From Pedobacter sp. (GTDB lineage: Bacteria > Bacteroidota > Bacteroidia > Sphingobacteriales > Sphingobacteriaceae), in contig JBAZHY010000001.1 of NCBI GenBank assembly GCA_041652175.1, forward strand, positions 305 to 39,260: a DNA stretch of 38,956 bases, written 5' to 3'. The notes under the pieces were generated by a model. The model did not search any database and was not told the origin of the DNA. It saw only the letters and a program-made list of their open reading frames with translations. A program made the translations under genes and the position numbers. Positions 1 to 7,854 of this stretch are shown piece by piece (the stretch's first letter is position 1; each line of letters begins with the position of its first letter).

Positions 1-2
1 CG

Positions 3-1145
3 CCTTCTGCAACGTATTCAGGTGCAATTTCAGCATCAAACTTTTCAGGAAGTTCATCTGGCACAAACACAGGCGACCAAACAACAATTACAGGCAACGC
101 AGGAACGGCAACTAAGTTAGATACTGCCCGGACTATCGGAACTTTAACAGGTGACGTGACATCAGCAGGAAGTTCTTTTAATGGGTCTGCTAATAACACC
201 AATGCAACAACTTTGGCAACTGTGAACGCAAATGTCGGTTCTTTTGGTTCATCAACATCTATTCCAACATTCACAGTCAACGGAAAAGGATTGATTACTG
301 CTGCATCTGGTAATGCAGTTATTGCGCCTGCCGGGACATTGACAGGCACAACATTGGCTGCCGGGGTAACTGCATCAAGTTTAACATCAGTAGGAACACT
401 TGCAAATCTTACAGTAACAAATCCAATTACAGGCAGTATTACAGGCAATGCAGCGACAGTAACAACCAACGCTAATTTAACAGGAGTAGTTACATCGACA
501 GGGAATGCAACTGCCATTGCGGATGCAGCTTTATCTATTGCCAAAACAAGTGGATTACAATCTGCTTTAGATGCAAAAGCCCCTTTAGCAAGTCCAGCCC
601 TAACAGGTAATCCAACTGCTCCAACACAAACCGCAGGAGATAATAGTACTAAAATAGCTACTACGGCTTATGTGGATGCTTTGGGTGGAACTATTTTGGC
701 AGCGCAAAAACAATTATCGGTTTCATATTCAAGTGTTCCGAGTTCAATAATAGGTGAAGTTATTTTAAATAATTACACCATACCATTATCATCTTTATCT
801 TCTGACGGAGATAGGATAGATTTTAAGGTCGGTGGCACACTTGCAAATAATACAAATACAAAAGGTTTTAGAATTGAAATAGCGGGCACAAACGTAACCA
901 ATACATTAAGCAGTAATGGACAAAATATAGGATGGATCCTTGACGGTACTATCATAAGAACAAGTTCAACCACTTATAAATTCATAGCAAGATCAACAAA
1001 TCTTGGAACGAATGCCATTTTTTATAATGGTACAGTATCTGGTTTTAGCTCGGGATTAACAGTTCAGACAATAGCAAATACAGCCACAAGTAATAGTGAT
1101 TTAACTTTAGAAATGGCATCATTTACAGCAACTAAAGCACCATAA
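3..1145 (+). CDS. Tail fibre/adhesin-like protein, C-terminal part (5'-truncated)
   Basis: Frame is open from base 3 (PSATYSGAISAS...), upstream of the track start at 156; T/G/S/A-rich with fibre motifs ITGNAGTATKL and KAPLASPALTGNPTAPT...STKIATTAYV. Confidence 0.8.
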   Translation, partial: PSATYSGAISASNFSGSSSGTNTGDQTTITGNAGTATKLDTARTIGTLTGDVTSAGSSFNGSANNTNATTLATVNANVGSFGSSTSIPTFTVNGKGLITAASGNAVIAPAGTLTGTTLAAGVTASSLTSVGTLANLTVTNPITGSITGNAATVTTNANLTGVVTSTGNATAIADAALSIAKTSGLQSALDAKAPLASPALTGNPTAPTQTAGDNSTKIATTAYVDALGGTILAAQKQLSVSYSSVPSSIIGEVILNNYTIPLSSLSSDGDRIDFKVGGTLANNTNTKGFRIEIAGTNVTNTLSSNGQNIGWILDGTIIRTSSTTYKFIARSTNLGTNAIFYNGTVSGFSSGLTVQTIANTATSNSDLTLEMASFTATKAP

Positions 1146-1146
1146 T

Positions 1147-1275
1147 ATGAAAAAAGACTTAGGCGATCACATCGGTAAAAAGAAAGGCTGGGCTTGGTAT
1201 GAACTCTTTGAATTGATTAAATTAGCGATTAAGAATCCGCAAGTAATTAAAGACATATTTAAGAAAAAGAAATGA
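1147..1275 (+). CDS. 42-aa basic amphipathic peptide in the lysis cassette
   Basis: Read by hand: MKKDLGDHIGKKKGWAWYELFELIKLAIKNPQVIKDIFKKKK; fills the gap and overlaps the next gene by ATGA. Confidence 0.6.
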   Translation: MKKDLGDHIGKKKGWAWYELFELIKLAIKNPQVIKDIFKKKK

Positions 1276-1472
1276 TTGAAACTTTGGAAAAACATCCGGT
1301 AGTAACAGGACTATTATCCGCTGGTTCATCGGTAGGATTCAGCATCATTGGCATTTTATCTCAGGAAAGCACAGTCAGATTACTTGGTTCAATCGGTGCG
1401 ATATTGGGTATTATATTAACGATATTATCAATTTGTATAGCTGCAAAAAAATTGTTTAAAGATGGCAAATGA
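1272..1472 (+). CDS. Putative holin (two hydrophobic segments, basic C-terminus)
   Basis: 66 aa, two TM-like stretches, directly upstream of and overlapping the endolysin. Confidence 0.55.
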   Translation: MIETLEKHPVVTGLLSAGSSVGFSIIGILSQESTVRLLGSIGAILGIILTILSICIAAKKLFKDGK

Positions 1473-1845
1473 AGGACAACTAACTAAAGACTTTCATATC
1501 AGAGAGTTTAAATGCAAAGATGGGACAAAAGTACCTGCTGAATTAGAATCCAATGTAAGGCTATTAGCGAATCAGTTACAAGTTATCAGGGATTATATCG
1601 GTGTTCCTATCCATATTAACTCTGCATACCGTACAGAGTCTTATAATGCTAAAATTGGGGGTAGTCCTAAAAGTCAGCATAAGCAAGCAAAAGCAGCAGA
1701 CTTAGTAACATCAAAATATACTCCGAAGCAATTAGCCAATATCATCAAGAAACTGATTAAGGAAAAGAAAATATTGCAGGGCGGTGTTGGTGTTTATCCG
1801 AGCTTTGTTCATTACGATATTAGAGGGACTGAGGCAAGATGGTAA
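1462..1845 (+). CDS. Endolysin, peptidase M15A-type Zn metallopeptidase
   Basis: INSAYR...N..IGG...SQH..AKAAD...GVGVY..FVHYDIRG motif set. Confidence 0.9.
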   Translation: MANEGQLTKDFHIREFKCKDGTKVPAELESNVRLLANQLQVIRDYIGVPIHINSAYRTESYNAKIGGSPKSQHKQAKAADLVTSKYTPKQLANIIKKLIKEKKILQGGVGVYPSFVHYDIRGTEARW

Positions 1846-1900
1846 TTAACTTAAATAACAATCGCTCTATTTAAAAAATGGGGTAAAAACTTAAATAGCT

Positions 1901-2242
1901 ATGCAAAAATTCACAGAACTAATGCTAGGAGGTCAAGATATTTCGACCTATGCAGCATACTTTATTTTCGCTCTGATTGGGGCGTTGCTTTCACTTTATG
2001 TCAAATCATTGAAGCGTGACCCATCAAGTCCGAATACTCCGGCTAAATTCTCTTGGTATTTTCTATTTCAGGATAACTTGATGCGGTTGGTAGCAGGATT
2101 CCTATTCTCTTTCATCTCATTCAGGTTCTCTAATGAATTTCTGGGAACAGAAGCTACGATGTGGGGGGCAGTTATTATCGGAGCATCTACAGATAGATTA
2201 GCAGGCATTTTTGAAGGGTTGCAGGAGAAAGCAAGGAAATAA
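1901..2242 (+). CDS. Multi-pass membrane protein, possible second holin/lysis accessory
   Basis: 113 aa with about three hydrophobic segments, follows the endolysin. Confidence 0.5.
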   Translation: MQKFTELMLGGQDISTYAAYFIFALIGALLSLYVKSLKRDPSSPNTPAKFSWYFLFQDNLMRLVAGFLFSFISFRFSNEFLGTEATMWGAVIIGASTDRLAGIFEGLQEKARK

Positions 2243-2325
2243 TGGAACCATATAAAATAACATTAGTAGTCATTATTATATGCATTCTTGGGGGAATAGT
2301 GTATAAGGTTTGGTTTGAGGATTAG
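2242..2325 (+). CDS. 27-aa single-TM peptide
   Basis: Read by hand: MEPYKITLVVIIICILGGIVYKVWFED; TAATG coupling to the previous gene. Confidence 0.45.
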   Translation: MEPYKITLVVIIICILGGIVYKVWFED

Positions 2326-2449
2326 TTAAATTATAGCCTAACCGATTATCGACGCTATTGTGAGGTATATAAGCCGTCCTGTCAAGTCTTACACGTGCTT
2401 CTAAGCTTATCATTATACTATTCGGTTTTATAGCTTTTGACTATAATAT

Positions 2450-2665
2450 TTAATCTACATACCCAATTAACTTAACATCGGTAGATGCTTTAAACACTAT
2501 TTTCTGCTTGCCTGTTAAATCTGATATAATAGGGGCAAAATTACCATCAACAAGCTTAATTGTCAATCGGTCTGGGTGTACCTGCTCTTTTTTGTAAGCA
2601 ATTCCCCTACGGCCATCTTTAAGTTCTAAATACATTCCCGGGTTTCTCATTTCAATTCCTCCCAA
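2450..2665 (-). CDS. Hypothetical protein (start may be the internal MRNPG ATG)
   Basis: Last ORF of the leftward gene chain. Confidence 0.6.
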   Translation of the reverse strand: MGGIEMRNPGMYLELKDGRRGIAYKKEQVHPDRLTIKLVDGNFAPIISDLTGKQKIVFKASTDVKLIGYVD

Positions 2666-2685
2666 GTCTTTTTAATTATGTTAGG

Positions 2686-3006
2686 TTAATCTGTTAAATA
2701 ATCATCAACCAATCCTGTTGACTTTACACCCTCTAATAGCTCTGCTCCAGTAGGCGTAACTATGACGGTTACGTGAGGATGATGGTTTTCGCAAATATGC
2801 TTGATAAGCATCCTTGCACTGCTCTCAAAATCTTTTGATAACTCGTTTTGAAAGTCTTGTAATAAATCAACAATTCCGTTGAAATCGAAACTTCCGTGTT
2901 GACCGTTATTCCAATCTCTTTTTTCTGTGATAAATTTTTCTGCGTTCATAGTTTTAAATTTTTCCATTCTCTTAATCGAGGTTAGTGGTGGCGGGGTTAG
3001 CTTCAT
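2686..3006 (-). CDS. Hypothetical phage protein
   Basis: ORF in leftward chain; C-terminal HHPHVTVIVTPTGAELLEG segment resembles small phage proteins; start uncertain. Confidence 0.65.
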   Translation of the reverse strand: MKLTPPPLTSIKRMEKFKTMNAEKFITEKRDWNNGQHGSFDFNGIVDLLQDFQNELSKDFESSARMLIKHICENHHPHVTVIVTPTGAELLEGVKSTGLVDDYLTD

Positions 3007-3022
3007 AATTCATTTCTAAATA

Positions 3023-3289
3023 TTAAATAGTATCATATTCAGTATAATCTTTCTTTTGCAATGATTTATCGAAATATTCACAAAGTCTTTGCTCAGAGAA
3101 AATAAGATTTTTGCCATCTCTACTATCACAGCATTGTCGAATCATAACATTAAGATTAATTCTGGATTGTTCAGAATTTTCGGTTTCTACTGCTTTCTCA
3201 TTAATTATTTCAGCCATTCTGCTGAATGTAATTTTGCCTAATGTGCATTGCCTAATCAGGTCATGAATCATTGCTTCTTTTATTTTCAT
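3023..3289 (-). CDS. Hypothetical protein
   Basis: ATGA overlap with upstream gene. Confidence 0.65.
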   Translation of the reverse strand: MKIKEAMIHDLIRQCTLGKITFSRMAEIINEKAVETENSEQSRINLNVMIRQCCDSRDGKNLIFSEQRLCEYFDKSLQKKDYTEYDTI

Positions 3290-3367
3290 TTCTCAAAATT
3301 AAATAGTCTGATTAAATCTTCTATGTCTTGGATGGTGGTGGCGTTGGGAACTTCAATCCAATGTCCG
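3283..3367 (+). repeat. Direct repeat copy A1 (partner 4957-5041)
   Basis: First 58 bp differ at 3 positions; offset 1674 bp. Confidence 0.9.
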
Positions 3368-3495
3368 GCAACAAAAATATCCACAACGGACAATTCATCA
3401 TCATACACATTAATTTTATTCTTTTTACCGAATGTAAAATCATTTTCATCCAGTTCGATAAACCCAATTTCAAGTAGTTCTTCTTTTGTTATCAT
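3286..3495 (-). CDS. Hypothetical protein, stand-alone paralogue of the C-terminal domain of 4960-5304
   Basis: GHWIEVPNATTIQDIEDLIRLFNFEK vs GEWHKVPNCTTIQDVKDLIRLFNIEK. Confidence 0.75.
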   Translation of the reverse strand: MITKEELLEIGFIELDENDFTFGKKNKINVYDDELSVVDIFVAGHWIEVPNATTIQDIEDLIRLFNFEK

Positions 3496-3499
3496 GATT

Positions 3500-3772
3500 T
3501 TATCTCCAATCTACACCATAGGATTCTCCAAATAATTCATTGGCTTCGTCGGCATCAAAATCCCATGTATATCCATTTTCCATAAGACATTTCATTATTT
3601 TTTTCTTCCAAGATGTTACTCCTGCGTTTTCTTTATTATTATCAATATCACTATTAATCATAATTGATTCTAACAAGTGAAGAGCATCGGATAGTTTATT
3701 TTCTGTTTTAATAAGCAAATCAACAGCTTCAAATCCGTTGTTAGGGGTATTTCTTTTAATATTTAGTCCCAT
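3500..3772 (-). CDS. Hypothetical protein
   Basis: ORF tiles the leftward operon. Confidence 0.65.
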   Translation of the reverse strand: MGLNIKRNTPNNGFEAVDLLIKTENKLSDALHLLESIMINSDIDNNKENAGVTSWKKKIMKCLMENGYTWDFDADEANELFGESYGVDWR

Positions 3773-3783
3773 TTTCTTATCTT

Positions 3784-3996
3784 TTAATTATAATTAATCC
3801 CAAAATCAGTTCTACTCCCATCTTCGTCAATCTCCGCTTCAAGCAATCCATCAACTTTGCAATAGCCCAATCCGTTACGCTCGCAGAAGTTCTGGGCATC
3901 GGCAAAAGATATGCCCGGAACGTTTTGACCTGCATATAGGGTTAACTCTCCTGTGGTTGGTGATATGGCCTGTATTATGGTTGTGTAGATGCTCAT
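3784..3996 (-). CDS. Hypothetical protein
   Basis: ATGA overlap with 3993-4514. Confidence 0.7.
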   Translation of the reverse strand: MSIYTTIIQAISPTTGELTLYAGQNVPGISFADAQNFCERNGLGYCKVDGLLEAEIDEDGSRTDFGINYN

Positions 3997-4514
3997 TTCT
4001 TAAACTTTTGGCTGCTAAAGTCATGGGCAGAATCAACTTCCATAAACAATCTGGATATGCGACAACGCAATAACTCTTTTTTAATCCTAACAAACCCTTT
4101 ATTATCTTCTGGCCATTCCTGTTGGTCGAAGTGATTCAATACCAGACTTTGAATTTCATGAAGCGGATCCAGTCTTTCTTCCATCTGCCCCTGATCTTTT
4201 CTGACTAAGGTTCTTGTAACTTTGTACCCATTATATTTTCCTGCGGCATCTTCCTTTACATACATCAACTCAGGATGTTTGAAACCGTAAACATCCTCTA
4301 AATATATATCGCTACCAGTAGCAGTCAAATCCTCTTCACTTACCAAACACCCATCCGGCAGTTCGATATCAGTGTCAAGTGTTATAGGCGGGTTATCTTT
4401 TGCGAATCGTGATATTTCTGGATTTTCTTCGCCATACTTTTTAAGGTACTTTTCTGCATACGGATTAATCCGTACAAGAGTTCCTTTTGTGTGTTTTAGG
4501 TTGTAGGTTTTCAT
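3993..4514 (-). CDS. Hypothetical protein
   Basis: 173-aa ORF with ATGA overlaps at both ends. Confidence 0.75.
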   Translation of the reverse strand: MKTYNLKHTKGTLVRINPYAEKYLKKYGEENPEISRFAKDNPPITLDTDIELPDGCLVSEEDLTATGSDIYLEDVYGFKHPELMYVKEDAAGKYNGYKVTRTLVRKDQGQMEERLDPLHEIQSLVLNHFDQQEWPEDNKGFVRIKKELLRCRISRLFMEVDSAHDFSSQKFKK

Positions 4515-4963
4515 GGGGTTAGGGTTTCAAAATAAAATATTACTTGCTTGCCTGTTTCTTTAACTAATCCGTAGCGTTTAGCAAACTTGTATTGGTTGGT
4601 GTAACTATTCAGACTATGAATAAAAGCCGCTATTCGTTCCCTAAACGATTCGATAGATACACTAGACTTGAGAATGTTGCAAGACGCGCACGATGGGTTG
4701 TAGTTATCAATATGATTTGCATCAGGGTTATAAAATCCATCCTGAACTAATTTATCTTCTACCCATTTAACTCCATTCATTAACAATTCTTGTTCTGTCA
4801 TTCTATGACCATCGGGATTTGACCAGTGCCCCCTAACCCATTTTGTTTTCCTTTGACATGGTTCTAAATGATCTACATGCCAACCTTTAGCTAAATTGCA
4901 TCCGCAATAAGCACATTTGCCACCATATTTATTAAAAATTATTTCTCTCTCAGATTTTTTCAT
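4511..4963 (-). CDS. HNH endonuclease
   Basis: GKCAYCG...WHVDHLEP...NYNPSCASCN..K. Confidence 0.9.
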   Translation of the reverse strand: MKKSEREIIFNKYGGKCAYCGCNLAKGWHVDHLEPCQRKTKWVRGHWSNPDGHRMTEQELLMNGVKWVEDKLVQDGFYNPDANHIDNYNPSCASCNILKSSVSIESFRERIAAFIHSLNSYTNQYKFAKRYGLVKETGKQVIFYFETLTP

Positions 4964-5041
4964 TTCTCAATATTAAATAGTCTGATTAAATCTTTTACGT
5001 CTTGGATGGTGGTGCAGTTGGGTACCTTATGCCATTCTCCG
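4957..5041 (+). repeat. Direct repeat copy A2 (partner 3283-3367)
   Basis: TTTTCATTTCTCAA.ATTAAATAGTCTGATTAAATCTT.TA.GTCTTGGATGGTGGTG is shared. Confidence 0.9.
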
Positions 5042-5304
5042 TGTATTAGGACATGAAGAACTGAAGGCTTATCATCAAATGGGCTCAATATTATCCTGCC
5101 ACCGTAGTAAAAATCGTTTGGTCGTCTTTCCACAAACCCCAATTCAATCAACCCATCTTTTGCGATTGGGCCGGATTTCGGATTGGCATATTCATCCATA
5201 ACATCGCTGGCATATCTTCTTGGGGCATCACCTCCGCCTGATATACCAGAATCTAAAGTTGGGTTCTTTAACCCTTTACTTTTTAAATATTCTTTTGCTG
5301 TCAT
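4960..5304 (-). CDS. Two-module hypothetical protein
   Basis: Start moved to MTAKEYL at 5304 (ATGA overlap with upstream stop); C-terminal domain paralogous to 3286-3495. Confidence 0.7.
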   Translation of the reverse strand: MTAKEYLKSKGLKNPTLDSGISGGGDAPRRYASDVMDEYANPKSGPIAKDGLIELGFVERRPNDFYYGGRIILSPFDDKPSVLHVLIHGEWHKVPNCTTIQDVKDLIRLFNIEK

Positions 5305-5651
5305 AATTCGGGCATTTTTGGTAAATCCATCCACATTAAAACATTATAGTTATCATCAAATTCAGCATCGCCATCTATCTTGCCGTAGCAATTAGCCCAG
5401 ACTATTGATTCGTTTGAAATATTCATTAAGCACATGACCTGAATATTAGTATAGCCTTCAACTATTGCTAATACATTTTCTGAGTAATCTTCGCCATCTA
5501 TCATTTCTGGCAATCTCTCAGAACATTTAATCCATTTCGGATTGGCAAATTCTGCGCCTTTAATAAACGCAATACATTTAAATACGCAATAGGTAGTACC
5601 TTCTGGATACCTGTTAATAGCTTCCTGTTCTATTTCCGCTTTAATTTTCAT
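5301..5651 (-). CDS. DUF551-domain protein
   Basis: WIKCSERLPE...VLA...VLMWMDLPKMPE signature. Confidence 0.8.
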   Translation of the reverse strand: MKIKAEIEQEAINRYPEGTTYCVFKCIAFIKGAEFANPKWIKCSERLPEMIDGEDYSENVLAIVEGYTNIQVMCLMNISNESIVWANCYGKIDGDAEFDDNYNVLMWMDLPKMPEL

Positions 5652-6105
5652 GATTCATAAATTGTCTGGCGTATAGTTCTGTGGCTTCATCAATAATTGA
5701 TAAATGGAACTCCCAATCGTCGTGTTCTCGGTCTAATCTATCAGATGGGATTGTGGTATAATGCTCGTAAGAATTATAGCCGTAACGTTGCGATATTTCG
5801 TTTTTAAAATCTAAAAGACTTTTCTTATCAAATTTTTGTGTGTAATATAATTTGCAATATTCCTCGACCATAATTATAATATTTTTCATAGTTGCATCAA
5901 TATTAGATAGATAAATAGATAATGGGAATCCATTATTTTTACCCACAATGTCTTTGCACTCGCGCATGGTTTTTGTACTTTTTACAATTTCCCCGTCAAT
6001 AAATCTCTCAGACCTATCCTCACGTTCTCTGAGGGACTTATCTTCGTAGTACTCCGATTCAAGTCTTTCGTCTTTTTTGGATTGGTGGCCTTCTTCTGGA
6101 TTCAT
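5641..6105 (-). CDS. Hypothetical protein sharing an N-terminal module with 7074-7229
   Basis: Start set at MNPEEGHQ (6105) by alignment to the paralogue; the track start is 6129. Confidence 0.7.
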   Translation of the reverse strand: MNPEEGHQSKKDERLESEYYEDKSLREREDRSERFIDGEIVKSTKTMRECKDIVGKNNGFPLSIYLSNIDATMKNIIIMVEEYCKLYYTQKFDKKSLLDFKNEISQRYGYNSYEHYTTIPSDRLDREHDDWEFHLSIIDEATELYARQFMNHEN

Positions 6106-6106
6106 G
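5996..6106 (+). repeat. Direct repeat copy B1 (partner 7120-7230)
   Basis: 39-bp identical core 6032-6070 = 7156-7194; offset 1124 bp. Confidence 0.92.
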
Positions 6107-6119
6107 TTAGTGTGGTCTT

Positions 6120-6215
6120 TTACCGCCATAAGCCCATGCAGTTTAGTTTCGCCTCCCCTGTTCCATCTAGTCTCACTAGCTTTCCAGAGGTGTGTTTATG
6201 GGTTGGTTGGGTCAT
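6120..6215 (-). CDS. 31-aa ORF, possible truncated paralogue of the N-terminus of 3993-4514
   Basis: MTQPTHKHTSGKLVRL vs MKTYNLKHTKGTLVRI; ATGA-coupled to upstream gene. Confidence 0.45.
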   Translation of the reverse strand: MTQPTHKHTSGKLVRLDGTGEAKLNCMGLWR

Positions 6216-6370
6216 GGGTTCATAATTAAATTTTCGATAAACGGATAAATTACCTCGCCTTTAATCGAATCGTTTTCAAATCTTACTATAGTTTGTTTTC
6301 CGTTTGTCATCTTATACCAATACAGTCCTAAGCCGTACATTCCAAAGCCATAGTCAACTATTATCTTCAT
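6212..6370 (-). CDS. Hypothetical protein (52 aa)
   Basis: Read by hand: MKIIVDYGFGMYGLGLYWYK...ENLIMNP; ATGA overlaps at both ends. Confidence 0.6.
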   Translation of the reverse strand: MKIIVDYGFGMYGLGLYWYKMTNGKQTIVRFENDSIKGEVIYPFIENLIMNP

Positions 6371-6645
6371 AAAATCCGTTTAACCTGAAAAGTATCTTTA
6401 TGGGCACTATTAATCCAATCGCAATCTTCTTTAGCGGACTCATAGGACATATACGTCATAAGTGTCAGATTTTTACTCGGATTTTGGGGATAACTATCTC
6501 TATATCGTCTATCACTTGATATATCTGTATTATTTTTTGCTCTATAAATAGCTCGTTCTCCTCCCATGCCAAGGGATTCACCCTTAAAATTGAAGTGTTC
6601 TTTCGCTGGAGACCAGGCAATAAATCTTTTTTTTAGTGTTTTCAT
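6367..6645 (-). CDS. Hypothetical protein
   Basis: ORF tiles the leftward operon. Confidence 0.7.
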   Translation of the reverse strand: MKTLKKRFIAWSPAKEHFNFKGESLGMGGERAIYRAKNNTDISSDRRYRDSYPQNPSKNLTLMTYMSYESAKEDCDWINSAHKDTFQVKRIL

Positions 6646-6671
6646 TTGCTTTTATTCGAGAACTGGTATGT

Positions 6672-6869
6672 TTATGTACGTATTTGGGTTATGTTTTTTA
6701 CTTCGATTATATATTTATCCATACCGTTATCACAATCAAAATGCGCAGTGGTTCCAATAACGACATTGAAGGATATATAGGGCGTGTTAAACGTTTTACC
6801 CTTATTTTCGCCATTTCCCTTAAATGTCACTCTTACACGTTGTCCTGATTGTAACTCTTCTATTTTCAT
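6672..6869 (-). CDS. Hypothetical small beta-rich (SH3-like?) protein
   Basis: MKIEELQSGQRVRVTFK pattern; fold is a guess. Confidence 0.6.
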   Translation of the reverse strand: MKIEELQSGQRVRVTFKGNGENKGKTFNTPYISFNVVIGTTAHFDCDNGMDKYIIEVKNITQIRT

Positions 6870-6899
6870 ATCCTTTTGTTTAGGGTAAATTTATTGGGG

Positions 6900-7055
6900 T
6901 TACTCCCTCCAATCGTAGAGTGGCAAAGGGCAATAAATACCATTCTCTGCGTCGTCATCTGTAATTGGACATTGTGGGTGGTCGCATTCACAATCCCTGC
7001 CAGCCATACATTCGGTTAACGGCTTGACTTGCTCCTGATCGGTTTTCTTTTCCAT
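6900..7055 (-). CDS. 51-aa Cys-rich peptide
   Basis: Read by hand: MEKKTDQEQVKPLTECMAGRDCECDHPQCPITDDDAENGIYCPLPLYDWRE. Confidence 0.6.
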   Translation of the reverse strand: MEKKTDQEQVKPLTECMAGRDCECDHPQCPITDDDAENGIYCPLPLYDWRE

Positions 7056-7073
7056 CTTTAGTTTTCATAGTTA

Positions 7074-7229
7074 TTAAAATATTTCTTCTTCGATAATCCA
7101 AGGTTTTTGTGAAGCATTTTCAATAAATCTCTCAACTCTATCCTCCCGTTCTCTCAGGGACTTATCTTCGTAGTACTCCGATTCAAGTCTTTCGCCTTTT
7201 TCGGATTGGTAGTCTTCGTATGGGTTCAT
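7074..7229 (-). CDS. 51-aa acidic protein sharing the N-terminal module of 5641-6105
   Basis: Read by hand: MNPYEDYQSEKGERLESEYYEDKSLREREDRVERFIENASQKPWIIEEEIF. Confidence 0.65.
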   Translation of the reverse strand: MNPYEDYQSEKGERLESEYYEDKSLREREDRVERFIENASQKPWIIEEEIF

Positions 7230-7230
7230 G
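7120..7230 (+). repeat. Direct repeat copy B2 (partner 5996-6106)
   Basis: See copy B1. Confidence 0.92.
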
Positions 7231-7262
7231 GTGTTAGTGGTTTGGTTAAAAAATGTCTTTAT

Positions 7263-7288
7263 AAAGGGGGCTTTTTACACCCCCTTTT
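7263..7288. terminator. Hairpin, possible terminator/attenuator
   Basis: AAAGGGGG-N9-CCCCCTTT perfect stem. Confidence 0.55.
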
Positions 7289-7417
7289 CGCTCGGCGGAT
7301 TAATCTTCTACTAATTTGAATAAGTCCCTACAATTAAGCTCATTACGGGCTTGTTGGTGTTCACCTTTTGTAATGCCATTTAATCCTAAATATTCAAACC
7401 AATTAATCCTATTTAGT

Positions 7418-7475
7418 TGAGCCGCCCGAGGGTTCGAACCTCCTACCTAACCTTCCGAATCGTCATTCAGTGCTC
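7418..7475 (-). ncRNA. tRNA-like element (T-arm plus partial acceptor stem; no canonical cloverleaf)
   Basis: Minus strand GAGC-A-CTGAAT(GACG)ATTCGG-...-GAGG(TTCGAAC)CCTC-GGGCG-GCTC-A. Confidence 0.4.
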
Positions 7476-7513
7476 CCTTTTCCAAAAAGGGTATAAATTG
7501 GAAGCTGTGTAAT

Positions 7514-7711
7514 TTATATCGGTTTGCCGTTTAAAACAATAAATGCCGTTTGAGCATCTATGAATTTATAAAATTCAGGATTAGATTTTGCTTGGCTTAA
7601 ATGTGTTCTAAGATTTTTAATCTCCGAATCTGTACTCATTGGGCTTGCAATGACATTAAAGTGTTTACCCCCATTGCAGTCAGTGATGTATATATTATTA
7701 CAGCCTCCCAT
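7514..7711 (-). CDS. Hypothetical protein, first gene of the leftward operon
   Basis: Starts about 45 nt downstream of the leftward -7 box. Confidence 0.6.
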   Translation of the reverse strand: MGGCNNIYITDCNGGKHFNVIASPMSTDSEIKNLRTHLSQAKSNPEFYKFIDAQTAFIVLNGKPI

Positions 7712-7755
7712 TTGTTTCGCATGTTTTTCAGCAATCCTTCATTGAATTGCATATT

Positions 7756-7763
7756 CAAATGTA
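7756..7763 (-). promoter_or_regulatory. Leftward Bacteroidota-type -7 box (TACATTTG)
   Basis: CAAATGTA on + strand matches TAnnTTTG; AT-rich intergenic region. Confidence 0.7.
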
Positions 7764-7830
7764 AGGGAAATATTTTGAATAAAAAAATAAAAGTGAAAAT
7801 AAATATATTTTTATTGTAAACTATTTTTAT

Positions 7831-7838
7831 TACATTTG
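7831..7838 (+). promoter_or_regulatory. Rightward Bacteroidota-type -7 box (TACATTTG)
   Basis: Exact TAnnTTTG match 16 nt before the ATG at 7855; divergent from the 7756 box. Confidence 0.75.
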
Positions 7839-7854
7839 GTAAAATTTTAAGCAA

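Noticed and set aside
3283-7230. Repeat pairs as template/variable regions of a diversity-generating retroelement
   Set aside because: No reverse transcriptase in the window, mismatches are not confined to adenines, and both copies are coding
7418-7475. Functional canonical tRNA or tmRNA
   Set aside because: Only 58 nt, no D-arm/anticodon arm pair, only 4 clear acceptor pairs, no CCA; kept only as tRNA-like
7299-7490. TAG stop-codon reassignment, suggested by a TAG upstream of the start-less frame
   Set aside because: All large genes are intact under the standard code, several small ORFs end sensibly at TAG, and no suppressor tRNA is evident
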